NCBI GenBank assembly: GCA_964530085.1 | Contig: CAZGXX010000007.1 | Location: 1,410 to 65,409 of the forward strand | DNA: 64,000 nt | Origin: an uncultured Azospirillum sp. | Lineage (GTDB): Bacteria; Pseudomonadota; Alphaproteobacteria; Rickettsiales; UBA3002 | Direction: 5' to 3' | Shown here: piece by piece, positions 52,096 to 62,108 of the stretch | Numbering within the stretch: the first letter of the stretch is position 1 | How the letters are laid out: each line of letters opens with the position of its first letter | Translations under genes and position numbers: made by a program | The notes under the pieces: model-generated | The model's input: only the letters and a program-made list of their open reading frames with translations | What the model was told of the DNA's origin: nothing | Databases searched by the model: none

Positions 52096-52302
52096 ATGGC
52101 TAACGGTACTGTAAAATGGTTCAACCCAACTAAAGGCTTCGGCTTCATCCAACCTGATCAAGGTGGCACCGATGTGTTCGTACACATCAGCGCGCTCGAA
52201 AAAGCGGGCCTGCGCTCGCTCGATGAAGGCCAGAAAGTCAGCTACGAGCTCGTGACCGATAAGGGTAAGACCTCGGCTGGCAATCTGAAGCTCGCTGCTT
52301 AA
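52096..52302 (+). CDS. cspA: cold-shock protein (CspA family)
   Basis: [15 protein letters not shown] (RNP1) and DVFVHISAL (RNP2). 68 aa. The upstream non-coding region is more than 300 nt. Confidence 0.95.
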   Translation: MANGTVKWFNPTKGFGFIQPDQGGTDVFVHISALEKAGLRSLDEGQKVSYELVTDKGKTSAGNLKLAA

Positions 52303-52336
52303 TTTCAGCGTCTTCACGTTCAAAGCATAACTAACG

Positions 52337-52372
52337 CCGCCCCCGCCGTTTACGGTTGGGGGCGGTTGTTTA
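52337..52372 (+). terminator. Rho-independent terminator of cspA
   Basis: CCGCCCCC (52337-52344) pairs with GGGGGCGG (52358-52365), followed by TTGTTTAT. Confidence 0.7.
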
Positions 52373-52654
52373 TCCTCCTCCGCCTTCTTGGATGAGTTTC
52401 GAAAAAAGCGTTCACGCATACGCTGATTTCGCGCCGCGCAAGCGAGCGAAACCGAAAATTCCCCTCGGGACGTTTTCGACACCGATAGTTCTGCTCATGA
52501 AGCATAGACTACGATCGTCCCTCCTGAATTGATCAGGCAGATTTCAACGTTGGCCCCTTATGTATCCGCGCCCATCGGCAGGATTAGCGAATGTTGAACC
52601 CTCTCGTGTGACGATTTGCCGATGAAACGTACACACCTACTTAAAGGAATACCC

Positions 52655-53872
52655 ATGGAAAATTTTAGCACACTCGGCCTGCCAGACTATCTGATGCAAG
52701 CCCTGAACTATATGAAGTTCACCACCCCCACGCCGATTCAGGCAGCCGCGATTCCGCCGGCGCTTGAGGGTAAAGATATTCTCGGCTCCGCACAAACCGG
52801 CACCGGCAAAACCGGCGCGTTCGGCATTCCGCTGATCGCCCAGTTGCTCAACACCAGCCGCGGCACCGCACTGGTGATGACCCCCACGCGCGAACTCGCC
52901 GTGCAGGTGATGACCATGCTCGAGCAACTGCTCGGCGCGGATAGCGGCATCCATACCGCTCTGCTCATCGGCGGCGAGTCGATGCCAAAACAATTCTCGC
53001 AGCTGCGCGCGCGTCCACGGTTGGTGGTTGGCACGCCCGGCCGTATCAACGATCACCTCACGCGCGGTACGCTGAAGCTGACGGACGCGAACTTCCTCGT
53101 ACTCGATGAAACCGATCGCATGCTCGACATGGGTTTCGGCATCCAGATCGACGCGATTGTAAAACATATGCCTGCCAAGCGCCAAACGCTGATGTTCTCA
53201 GCGACTTTCCCGGCGAATATCGTGAAGATGTCGGAAAAATACATGAGCGACCCGGTGCGTGTTTCGGTCGGTGATAACAACACCCCGATCGCGAAGATTA
53301 AACAGGAAGTCATCATGGTGAAGGACGCGGATAAATACGACCAGTTGCTGGTGCAGTTGCAGCAGCGCGAGGGCAGTATTCTCGTGTTCGTGCAAACCAA
53401 ATTCGGTGCGGAGAAAATGGCGAAGAAGCTGCGCGCGCTGAATCACCGTGCAGATACCATCCACGGCAACCTCAACCAGCGCCAGCGCGACCGCGTGATT
53501 GCGGATTTCCGCGCGCAGAAATGCCGCGTGCTGGTGGCGACGGATATCGCCGCCCGTGGCCTCGACATTCCGCATATCGAGCATGTGATCAACTACGACA
53601 TGCCGCAATGCCCAGAGGATTACATCCACCGCATCGGCCGCACGGGGCGTAATGGCAAAGAAGGTGAGGCGGTGAACCTGCTCACCGGCCGCGATAACGG
53701 CAAATGGAAAGCGATCCAGCGCCTGCTCAACCCCGGCGTTAAAGTCGAGGGCGATACGTTCGGCGACAAACCGCGCTCTTACGCCAACGCCAAAAAGAAA
53801 CGTTTTGGCGGCAACAAATTCCGCTCCGGTAAGCGGCCGCATAAAGCCATGGGCCAAAAACAGGCCGCCTAA
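52655..53872 (+). CDS. DEAD-box ATP-dependent RNA helicase (RhlE-like) with a basic C-terminal tail
   Basis: Trimmed to MENFSTLGL, with AAGGA upstream. Q-motif TPTPIQ, then AQTGTGKT, DETD (DEAD variant), SAT, and HRIGRTGR. Confidence 0.9.
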   Translation: MENFSTLGLPDYLMQALNYMKFTTPTPIQAAAIPPALEGKDILGSAQTGTGKTGAFGIPLIAQLLNTSRGTALVMTPTRELAVQVMTMLEQLLGADSGIHTALLIGGESMPKQFSQLRARPRLVVGTPGRINDHLTRGTLKLTDANFLVLDETDRMLDMGFGIQIDAIVKHMPAKRQTLMFSATFPANIVKMSEKYMSDPVRVSVGDNNTPIAKIKQEVIMVKDADKYDQLLVQLQQREGSILVFVQTKFGAEKMAKKLRALNHRADTIHGNLNQRQRDRVIADFRAQKCRVLVATDIAARGLDIPHIEHVINYDMPQCPEDYIHRIGRTGRNGKEGEAVNLLTGRDNGKWKAIQRLLNPGVKVEGDTFGDKPRSYANAKKKRFGGNKFRSGKRPHKAMGQKQAA

Positions 53873-53886
53873 GTAAAAAAAGGGGG

Positions 53887-53913
53887 GGGGCAGGCAATCC
53901 ACCTGCCCCTTTC
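53887..53913 (+). terminator. Rho-independent terminator
   Basis: GGGGCAGG-7 nt-CCTGCCCC followed by TTTC. Confidence 0.6.
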
Positions 53914-54141
53914 ATTGCCGCGAGGCCTGGCTTGTAGTCAAACTGGAAACTGTTACGCCGACACCACATAATGTAGCGTCAACCAAGACTTCAAAAAGCT
54001 TGTTCATAGCATTCAACCCGTTAGCGCGGGCGCGATAGCGCTATCTAATTCCGCCCGTTTGCGCTAGAGTATGCTTCGCGTTGGCCCTGGTGTGACTCAA
54101 GCCTTCCGGCTATTTTGGCCATGACGCGGATTGGATTTCCT

Positions 54142-54858
54142 ATGCACGAGAAGAAAAACACGATTCTGGTCGTCGATGACGAGCCACAGATTCAGAAGAT
54201 GCTCGGCATTTTGCTGGATGTGGAGAATTTTAAAATCGTTGAAAGCACAACGGGAAAACAAGCAATCCGCATGGCGGTTTCGGCGAAGCCGGATCTGATT
54301 CTGCTGGATTTGGGGCTGCCGGATATGGATGGCAAAGCTGTCATTACCGCGATTCGCGAATGGTCGCAGGTGCCGATTATTGTGCTGAGCGTGCGGGCGA
54401 TGGATGAGGAAGTAGCGGCAGCGCTCAACATGGGCGCGAACGATTACGTGACCAAACCGTTTAACGTCGGGGTGCTGCTCGCGCGCATCAACGCGGGCTT
54501 ACGCAGCGCCGCCGTGCATGAAACCGGCGAGGCTGAGTTATGCAACGGAACGCTCAGGATAAACCTCGTGCGCCACGAAGTATTCCTCGGCGATATGCTG
54601 ATTGCCTTCACGCCGAAGGAATATGATCTGCTGCGCTTCTTCATGGTGAACCGCGGCAAAATGCTCACCCACAAAGAAATCCTGAAAGCCGTGTGGGGCA
54701 ACGCCCATGCGGAGGATACCACCTATCTGCGTGTCTATATCGGCCAGATTCGTGAGAAGCTTGGCGACAAAACCAATGACGCCGCGTTTATCACCACCGA
54801 ACCAGGCATCGGCTATCGCATGGAAGTGCTGAGCACCGCCAAAGCCAAAGCGGCGTAG
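54142..54858 (+). CDS. OmpR-family response regulator (KdpE-like), orphan
   Basis: Receiver domain ILVVDDEPQI...LILLDLGLPDMDG...KPF. Winged-helix domain FTPKEYDLLRFFMVNRGKMLTHKEIL...YLRVYIGQIREKL...GIGYRM. Alternative starts are 54121 and 54115. Confidence 0.85.
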   Translation: MHEKKNTILVVDDEPQIQKMLGILLDVENFKIVESTTGKQAIRMAVSAKPDLILLDLGLPDMDGKAVITAIREWSQVPIIVLSVRAMDEEVAAALNMGANDYVTKPFNVGVLLARINAGLRSAAVHETGEAELCNGTLRINLVRHEVFLGDMLIAFTPKEYDLLRFFMVNRGKMLTHKEILKAVWGNAHAEDTTYLRVYIGQIREKLGDKTNDAAFITTEPGIGYRMEVLSTAKAKAA

Positions 54859-54959
54859 CGCACATTTACGCCATCTTTACGCCAAAGCCCCTTTGTCGTG
54901 CGGCAAGTTTACACCTGTCCCGGTAGCCTGCTTGGGTGAAATCAACCCAAGGAGACGTT

Positions 54960-55205
54960 ATGAATTATGTAAAAAATACCATTGCCGTTTTGACCACACT
55001 CACCTTCCTCACCGCCTGCGGTGATACGGCGGGCGACCGCGCGCTCAGCGGCGGTGCCATTGGTGCCGGCGCCGGCGCCGTTGGTGGTGCCGTGCTCGGC
55101 GGAAGCCCCGTCACAGGTGCCATTGTTGGCGGCGCTGTCGGTGCCGCAGCCGGTGGCCTCACCAAGAAAAAAGATATCGATCTCGGCAAACCCGTTTGGC
55201 GCTAG
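54960..55205 (+). CDS. glycine-zipper lipoprotein
   Basis: Trimmed to MNYVKNTIAVLTTLTFLTAC (lipobox LTAC, AAGGAGA upstream), followed by GGAIGAGAGAVGGAVLGGSPVTGAIVGGAVGAAAGG. Confidence 0.75.
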   Translation: MNYVKNTIAVLTTLTFLTACGDTAGDRALSGGAIGAGAGAVGGAVLGGSPVTGAIVGGAVGAAAGGLTKKKDIDLGKPVWR

Positions 55206-55230
55206 GCGCATTGCGTAAAGGAGAATTCTG

Positions 55231-55416
55231 ATGCTGAGTTATGTGATTACGTTTTTTATTCTGGCCGTACTGTCAGCCTTTCTGGGTTTTGGCGGACTCG
55301 CGACCAGCTTTGCTGAAATCGCCAAATTTCTGGCGCTGGTGTTCGTGGTACTGTTCGTCGCGAGCCTCGTCTACAGCGTGATAACAGGGCGCCGGGCAAA
55401 CATCCCGCCCCTGTAA
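55231..55416 (+). CDS. DUF1328 (UPF0391/YtjA) small membrane protein
   Basis: [24 protein letters not shown]...FVVLFV is the typical family sequence. Confidence 0.8.
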   Translation: MLSYVITFFILAVLSAFLGFGGLATSFAEIAKFLALVFVVLFVASLVYSVITGRRANIPPL

Positions 55417-55431
55417 ACGGCGTATGATACG

Positions 55432-55463
55432 AAAAAGGGAAGCCCTCGGGCTTCCCTTTTTTT
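55432..55463. terminator. bidirectional Rho-independent terminator
   Basis: AAAAA-GGGAAGCCC-tc-GGGCTTCCC-TTTTTTT, between convergent genes. Confidence 0.7.
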
Positions 55464-55481
55464 ATGGCGTGCGCTTGGGCA

Positions 55482-57146
<1,665 letters not shown>

Positions 57147-57147
57147 C

Positions 57148-57519
57148 TTATTTCTCCATGAAGCCATCCATAAACGCATTGATGGTATCGGTAATACGCG
57201 CGGTGATGGGCGATTGCGGTGCGATCATGCGCGGCAGCTGGCGTATATAATGCTGCGCCAGCAGGACGAGCATGCCAATAATCAGAAGCGTAACCATGCC
57301 GATCATGAGCATCGCCACGAGTGGTGTGACCCCACCATATAACAACGCCGTGTGGGCAGCGCAGAGCAACCCTATCAGCAATGCGCTCAGTAAGATAGCA
57401 ATGATAAAAACGATGCCGACCACGGCGATGGCGCGCGTCAGCATCCGCTGGAAAAGCCACGTGCCATACGCCTTGCGGCCGAGCGTGGCGATGACAAGCA
57501 ACTTTTCCATGGATGACAT
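57148..57519 (-). CDS. two-TM membrane protein, YqjE-like by position
   Basis: 123 aa with two long hydrophobic helices. It lies immediately downstream of a DUF883 gene, as in E. coli yqjD-yqjE. The family assignment is by context only. Confidence 0.45.
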   Translation of the reverse strand: MSSMEKLLVIATLGRKAYGTWLFQRMLTRAIAVVGIVFIIAILLSALLIGLLCAAHTALLYGGVTPLVAMLMIGMVTLLIIGMLVLLAQHYIRQLPRMIAPQSPITARITDTINAFMDGFMEK

Positions 57520-57521
57520 TT

Positions 57522-57770
57522 CTAGCGACGAATCAGCATGCCAAGCAGCGCACCAACGCCAAGTGCAATCGCGCTCGAACGAATAGGGTTGCTGCGGATT
57601 TCCGCTTTCATGCGGTCACCCACATGCGTCAGCTCGTCGCTTGCGGAATTGTACATGCCACGTACGCTTTCGCCTGCTTTGTGAGCAGCTTCATGCAAGC
57701 CATCGGTATAGGAATGGTCTGCCGATTTTAATATGCTGACATTCTCAGCCTTCTGGTTTTTCTCAAACAT
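57522..57770 (-). CDS. DUF883 (ElaB/YqjD) tail-anchored stress protein
   Basis: A helical N-terminal part followed by the C-terminal NPIRSSAIALGVGALLGMLIRR anchor typical of DUF883. Confidence 0.75.
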   Translation of the reverse strand: MFEKNQKAENVSILKSADHSYTDGLHEAAHKAGESVRGMYNSASDELTHVGDRMKAEIRSNPIRSSAIALGVGALLGMLIRR

Positions 57771-57806
57771 AGTACTCTCCTTGGGTTAAATGATTAGGGT
57801 GAAACG

Positions 57807-58097
57807 CTAGTTGCGCGGCGTTTCTTCGCGGGTTTGGCTATTGGTGGTTTTGTTCATCAAGCCCTTAGGGTCGGTCGTCACTTTCGACTTCTTGATCGAC
57901 TTCCGGTGGCCTTGCGCATCTTTGCTCATTTCGCTCGAGGATTGGCGCGTGGTTTGCGTGCCATTGGCATCGGTCGTGCTGCTGGTGCTTTCATATTTGC
58001 TATCCGGGTAATCCATGGCGTTCTTGATGTCCATGCAGGCGTTGAGACCCAGCGCCAGGGCGGATAATGCAATGATTGTGACGGTTTTGTTTTTCAT
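57807..58097 (-). CDS. small lipoprotein, low-complexity and Thr/Ser/Lys-rich
   Basis: Signal peptide with lipobox (LGLNAC). Contains TTDPKGLMNKT, which is shared with the 62109..62498 product. Confidence 0.6.
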   Translation of the reverse strand: MKNKTVTIIALSALALGLNACMDIKNAMDYPDSKYESTSSTTDANGTQTTRQSSSEMSKDAQGHRKSIKKSKVTTDPKGLMNKTTNSQTREETPRN

Positions 58098-58134
58098 AAA
58101 ATCTCCTGAGGATTAAACAGTGGTTGATGAAATA

Positions 58135-58293
58135 TTAGATGCGGCCAGTGAGGAGCAAAATAAGCAGAACGATAAATATGAGTCCCGCCCCGCCGCTTGG
58201 ATAGTAGCCCCATTCACGGCTATGCGGCCATGTGGGCAATGCCCCAACAAGAATGAGGACTAAAACGACGAGTATAATTGTTGAAAGACCCAT
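58135..58293 (-). CDS. DUF3309 small membrane protein
   Basis: Trimmed to MGLSTIILVVLVLILVGALPTWPHSREWGYYPSGGAGLIFIVLLILLLTGRI, with GGAGAG upstream. This is the typical DUF3309 sequence. Confidence 0.75.
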   Translation of the reverse strand: MGLSTIILVVLVLILVGALPTWPHSREWGYYPSGGAGLIFIVLLILLLTGRI

Positions 58294-58390
58294 GATGCTC
58301 TCCGTGATTGGTGCATCCACGGTTTGAACGAACGCGCGCAAGGATGCGATACGGCATCGCGGAGGTTTGATAAGCGCAGCGTAAGGATGG

Positions 58391-58729
58391 CTATTTCGGC
58401 TCGATTTTATCGAGCATGGCATCGAATAGAATATTCAATCGATGTGCCTGCCCCAGTGCGGAGGAAATAAGCGCATCGCGCTTCTCGCTGGGCAGCTGGT
58501 CTTTCAAATAGTCGATGGTCTCAAGCGCGCCAATGATGCAGGCGAGCGGCGTTTTCAAATCATGCGCGATGGATGAGAAAACACGCGCCTGCATTGCCGC
58601 ACGTTCACGTCCAAACTCGAGGGAGTCGTCCATCATCTGCCTATTCTCTGCCGCTTTGCGCAAGATAGATACAAAAAATGCACCATCGCCGTATTCAGCA
58701 ATGGTGCATTCTATCTGTGGTGCCATCAA
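58391..58729 (-). CDS. stand-alone HisKA (DHp) domain protein, with no ATPase domain
   Basis: The H-box FSSIAHDLKTPLACIIGALE and a second DHp helix (ALGQAHRLNILFDAML) are present. The ORF then stops, and no HATPase_c follows in any frame. Confidence 0.6.
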   Translation of the reverse strand: MMAPQIECTIAEYGDGAFFVSILRKAAENRQMMDDSLEFGRERAAMQARVFSSIAHDLKTPLACIIGALETIDYLKDQLPSEKRDALISSALGQAHRLNILFDAMLDKIEPK

Positions 58730-58984
58730 CTATTGCTGATTCGTGGCCTTCTTCACGTCGTCGCTCGCATCCTTTGCGGCGTCATGCAGTTTATCCGCAG
58801 GCGTGCGGTCTTCCAGCTGCCGCGCGGCTTTATCGACACCGTTTGGCAGTTCATCAATCGCGTCGCTGATTTTCTGGCCGCCACTGCGCTGATCAGGCGC
58901 GTACAGTACACGGTAGCCAACGATCAGTATCACTGCGAGCGCCGCAACGATGAGCAGGTTTTTTCCGAACGATTGCGTAGTCAT
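58730..58984 (-). CDS. small N-terminally anchored charged protein
   Basis: 84 aa. One TM helix (LLIVAALAVILIVGY) followed by a hydrophilic Asp/Lys-rich tail. The next gene starts directly after its stop. Confidence 0.5.
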   Translation of the reverse strand: MTTQSFGKNLLIVAALAVILIVGYRVLYAPDQRSGGQKISDAIDELPNGVDKAARQLEDRTPADKLHDAAKDASDDVKKATNQQ

Positions 58985-59086
58985 AGATGTCTCTTTTCTC
59001 TGTGGGTGAAGGATGGCAACTCCCTCGCACCTGCCGCGTAAAAATGCTGCAGGGAAAAGGGAGTGGGATATAAAAAAACGGTAAGG

Positions 59087-59158
59087 CTAGAAGAACAGAT
59101 TATAAATGATAATCAGCACCACCGGCACGCCGAAAAAATACATGATGAGGCTACGCAT
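59087..59158 (-). CDS. candidate 23-aa hydrophobic micropeptide
   Basis: Below the ORF-track length cut-off. ATG at 59158 with GGAGAA 4 nt upstream. It encodes MRSLIMYFFGVPVVLIIIYNLFF then a stop, followed by a T-run. Confidence 0.35.
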   Translation of the reverse strand: MRSLIMYFFGVPVVLIIIYNLFF

Positions 59159-59178
59159 AGGGTTCTCCGGAGTGCGGG

Positions 59179-60180
59179 TTAAAAGCGATAGGAAACCGTG
59201 ACGACGCCGAATTGCGAGCCATCGGCCTGCGTTTTATATTCCTTGTTCATGAAGACCTGCGTGTAGGAAATGCGCGTTTGCGCGTAAGTGGCGGCGATGC
59301 CCACCTGCAGGCTACCCACGAAATGTTCCTTATCAACGCTCGGCCCATCGCGGAAGGTATTGCCATCGAGAAAAATATTGCGTGCGACTGCGCGCTCACC
59401 CACGGTGGCGAATAAATAGCCGCCCGCATTTTCCGCAGGTACAAAAAAATCCGAGCCGGGCAAGCTTGGGCGAATGCGCGGCGGGCCGTAGTCCGCAGGC
59501 AAGTCATAGCCCAAACGGAATGTCGCGCCGACAGAGGCATCGGTGTTGATGTTGCCCAGATTCACGCCCACATGCGGCGTCACATCCGCCCCGATGCCAA
59601 ACGGCGAGGCCTCGATGAGGCTACGCCATTTGCGTTCATAGGTGAGAATGATCCCCGGCTCATTTTTTAACTGATTGTCCCAGCCTTTAGGGTCCTGGCT
59701 ATCAGTGACGCGATGGATGAATTTCTGCGTCGGTTCTGCGCCGGAAAGCGGACCGACGACACCGAGGGTCAGCATCACATTATCGAGTGTTCGTCCGGTA
59801 TCCGAGACCATGCCAACCGAGCCATAGAGCCATCCTGCATAGGGTTGCTCACCCGCTACCGGTGAGGTGCTAATGAGATTCTCTGGAGCGAACATGCTTT
59901 GGCCGAGCGCGAGGCTGATGCGTTTATGTCCCTCGGGTGCGAGCGGCAAATTATTCGCCACGTTGCGCGACCATGCGGGCATATTTTCCTCCGCCGAAAG
60001 CCACGAGAAGCGCACGCCGTTGGTATAATCCCGATCGGTGCCGGCGAATTTGTCATTCTCCCACACCACGTTAAAAATACTTTTATCGTCGGGCTCGGCG
60101 CGCTCCTCCTGCGCAGAGACGATCTGCGGCAGTACAAGGCATGCGATAACGATAGTACAGAAACGATGAAGAGGATGCAT
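59179..60180 (-). CDS. LpxR/DUF2219-like outer-membrane lipid A deacylase family protein
   Basis: Trimmed to MHPLHRFCTIVIACLVLPQIVSA (signal peptide). The VWENDKFAGTDRDYTNGVRFSW block resembles DUF2219/LpxR-family proteins as recalled. Beta-barrel-like C-terminus ending in YRF. Confidence 0.6.
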   Translation of the reverse strand: MHPLHRFCTIVIACLVLPQIVSAQEERAEPDDKSIFNVVWENDKFAGTDRDYTNGVRFSWLSAEENMPAWSRNVANNLPLAPEGHKRISLALGQSMFAPENLISTSPVAGEQPYAGWLYGSVGMVSDTGRTLDNVMLTLGVVGPLSGAEPTQKFIHRVTDSQDPKGWDNQLKNEPGIILTYERKWRSLIEASPFGIGADVTPHVGVNLGNINTDASVGATFRLGYDLPADYGPPRIRPSLPGSDFFVPAENAGGYLFATVGERAVARNIFLDGNTFRDGPSVDKEHFVGSLQVGIAATYAQTRISYTQVFMNKEYKTQADGSQFGVVTVSYRF

Positions 60181-60246
60181 TCCGGGATTCCCCAATGGTA
60201 TGTATGCGCGGTGGCTGAACTCTTGTACGCGTAAAATGGCCATTTC

Positions 60247-60286
60247 ACAAAAAGAATCGCCCGGAGCAAATTTTGCCGCCGGGCGA
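60247..60286 (-). terminator. Rho-independent terminator of csbD
   Basis: TCGCCCGG pairs with CCGGGCGA (8-bp stem), followed on the minus strand by TTCTTTTTG. Confidence 0.6.
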
Positions 60287-60312
60287 CCTAAGTTCAGGGA
60301 AGGGTAGTAAAA

Positions 60313-60546
60313 CTACGCCGCCTTGGGCTTGCTGCTCGTGCTATCGCAACGGCATGCATCTTCCATGGCTTTCACTTTGGTCTCGGCATCTTCTTTGGCG
60401 AGGCCGTAATGTTCTTTCAGTTTGCCGAGAAACTTATCGCGGTTGCCTTCGAGCAGCATGATGTCGTTATCGGTCAGCTTGGCCCAGGTTTTTTTGATTT
60501 CGCCTTTGAGCTGTTCCGCTTTGCCTTGCACTTGTTCCTTGTTCAT
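60313..60546 (-). CDS. csbD: CsbD-family general stress protein
   Basis: MNKEQVQGKAEQLKGEIKKTWAKLTDNDI...GNRDKFLGKLKEHYG. Confidence 0.9.
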   Translation of the reverse strand: MNKEQVQGKAEQLKGEIKKTWAKLTDNDIMLLEGNRDKFLGKLKEHYGLAKEDAETKVKAMEDACRCDSTSSKPKAA

Positions 60547-60667
60547 AAAACTCTCCTTTGGTTATCACTGCCAACGGCAGCGTGTGATGGGTGTGGCACA
60601 GGCGCAGTAAGGATACGATGCGTGGTGCACACCACAAAGTAAGGAAGTGGTAAGCGCGCTTCTTAGC

Positions 60668-61288
60668 TCAAAAAATCCACTCGAAAAGCCCAGCTATGAA
60701 TGCGGAAATGGCGGCCGTGCCGAGCAAGGTCACGAGCAGCCCTGCGAGGATAAACAGCCCATCACGCTGCAAAATGCCAATCGCGAAGAGACAAATGGCA
60801 AGTGCCGGAAGGGCATTGCCAAATGGAATTGGCATCATAATCATCAGCGATAGCACCGCGCAGATGAAGGCAATCACGCGATCCGTCGCGGGACGCGTCA
60901 AAAACTTGAGGCGCGGCGAGGTAAGCAGCTCCAGCATTTTCATCACCGGCACCGCGCGAACACAGACACGGCGTAACCACTCCGCCTTGAGAGTGCGTTT
61001 GGCAATCACATTCGGGAACCACGGCGACTTCAGCCCCAGCATCATTTGTACCGTCACCAAAATCAGCGGCGCCCCCAGAACGGCCGAGAGCCCCGGCGCC
61101 GGAATGGGAATCAGGTTCGGCAGCGCCAGTACCAGTAGCAGCATGCCATATGCCCTGCCGGAAAGCGCATTGCTGAGGGCAGCAACTGTCACCGTCGGCG
61201 TCGAAAAACGATCGGGCAGTGCCGCGAGAATTTCGGATATTTTATGGCCGTTGAGTGGATCAATCGCTGCTTTATGGGCTGGTTTCAC
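60668..61288 (-). CDS. exoD: ExoD-family membrane protein
   Basis: LSGRAYGMLLLVLALPNLIPIPAPGLSAVLGAPLILVTVQMM...PWFP is typical of ExoD. Confidence 0.8.
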   Translation of the reverse strand: MKPAHKAAIDPLNGHKISEILAALPDRFSTPTVTVAALSNALSGRAYGMLLLVLALPNLIPIPAPGLSAVLGAPLILVTVQMMLGLKSPWFPNVIAKRTLKAEWLRRVCVRAVPVMKMLELLTSPRLKFLTRPATDRVIAFICAVLSLMIMMPIPFGNALPALAICLFAIGILQRDGLFILAGLLVTLLGTAAISAFIAGLFEWIF

Positions 61289-61409
61289 GCGGCCTCCAAG
61301 GTCTGAATTTTGAACATACTACTCCTACTGCACGCCAGATACATCTCATAAAAATGGTCGACACCAAAGGCACCGACCATTTTCCTGAGCAATTGACGAT
61401 CGATAGAAT

Positions 61410-61736
61410 CTATCGGTCTCTGTGCGGATGCGGGTTGCTAATTTCCGTTGCCTCGGAATAAGGAGGCATGCCCGCTTCCTTGCGCATACGCGCGCCATAG
61501 TCGGACATTTCCTGTTTGCTGATATAGCCGTCTTCGTTTTGGTCGGCGCGAATAAACATTCTTTCCGCAGCGGCCTCATGCTCGTCTTCACTGATGAACC
61601 CGTCTCTGTCCGCATCCATTTTCATCATCATATGGTTGAGCATTTTGTTGTGATTGCGAGCGCACATGTCGCTAGCGGCGGCAGGTAGTGCCGCGAATAC
61701 ACTCAGCATTCCGGCGAGGGTGAGGGCTTTGTTCAT
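61410..61736 (-). CDS. periplasmic EF-hand calcium-binding protein
   Basis: Trimmed to MNKALTLAGMLSVFAALPAAA (signal peptide, AGGAG upstream). Two canonical loops, DADRDGFISEDE and DQNEDGYISKQE. Confidence 0.8.
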   Translation of the reverse strand: MNKALTLAGMLSVFAALPAAASDMCARNHNKMLNHMMMKMDADRDGFISEDEHEAAAERMFIRADQNEDGYISKQEMSDYGARMRKEAGMPPYSEATEISNPHPHRDR

Positions 61737-61796
61737 AGAAACTCCTATCGGGTAACATTTCAAAACAGAGGATTCTGCTTCGACGGTAGAAAGTGC

Positions 61797-62042
61797 TTAT
61801 TGTGAATCGGCAGGCGCACGATTCGTAAAATGGTTGGTATGCTTGCGCCGTGCTTCGCGTCGTTTATCGACCGAATAATCTGGCCCGAGCGACGCCGCAC
61901 TCTTCATTGGCTGGCCCTTTGCGATGCTCTTGGCGACTGCCGTGCCATCGCTGACATTGGGCGCGATATCGGCGCTTTGAACATCAGGATTATCCGTAAG
62001 GTGGCGACGCTGCGCTTTGTTCTCAGTCGGTTTCTTTTTCAT
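61797..62042 (-). CDS. small basic, probably disordered hypothetical protein
   Basis: 81-aa ORF with AAAGGAG upstream. No family recognised. Confidence 0.45.
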   Translation of the reverse strand: MKKKPTENKAQRRHLTDNPDVQSADIAPNVSDGTAVAKSIAKGQPMKSAASLGPDYSVDKRREARRKHTNHFTNRAPADSQ

Positions 62043-62108
62043 GGAACGCTCCTTTTAAGTGGATTGAGGTCGCGGCGATTGCGCGCCGCGACCTCGGTGC
62101 CAATCATG

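Noticed and set aside
62066-62095. 12-bp perfect hairpin GAGGTCGCGGCG/CGCCGCGACCTC after the 62109 gene, considered as an intrinsic terminator
   Set aside because: No U-tract follows on either strand. It may be a processing or attenuation structure, but I cannot support calling it a terminator.
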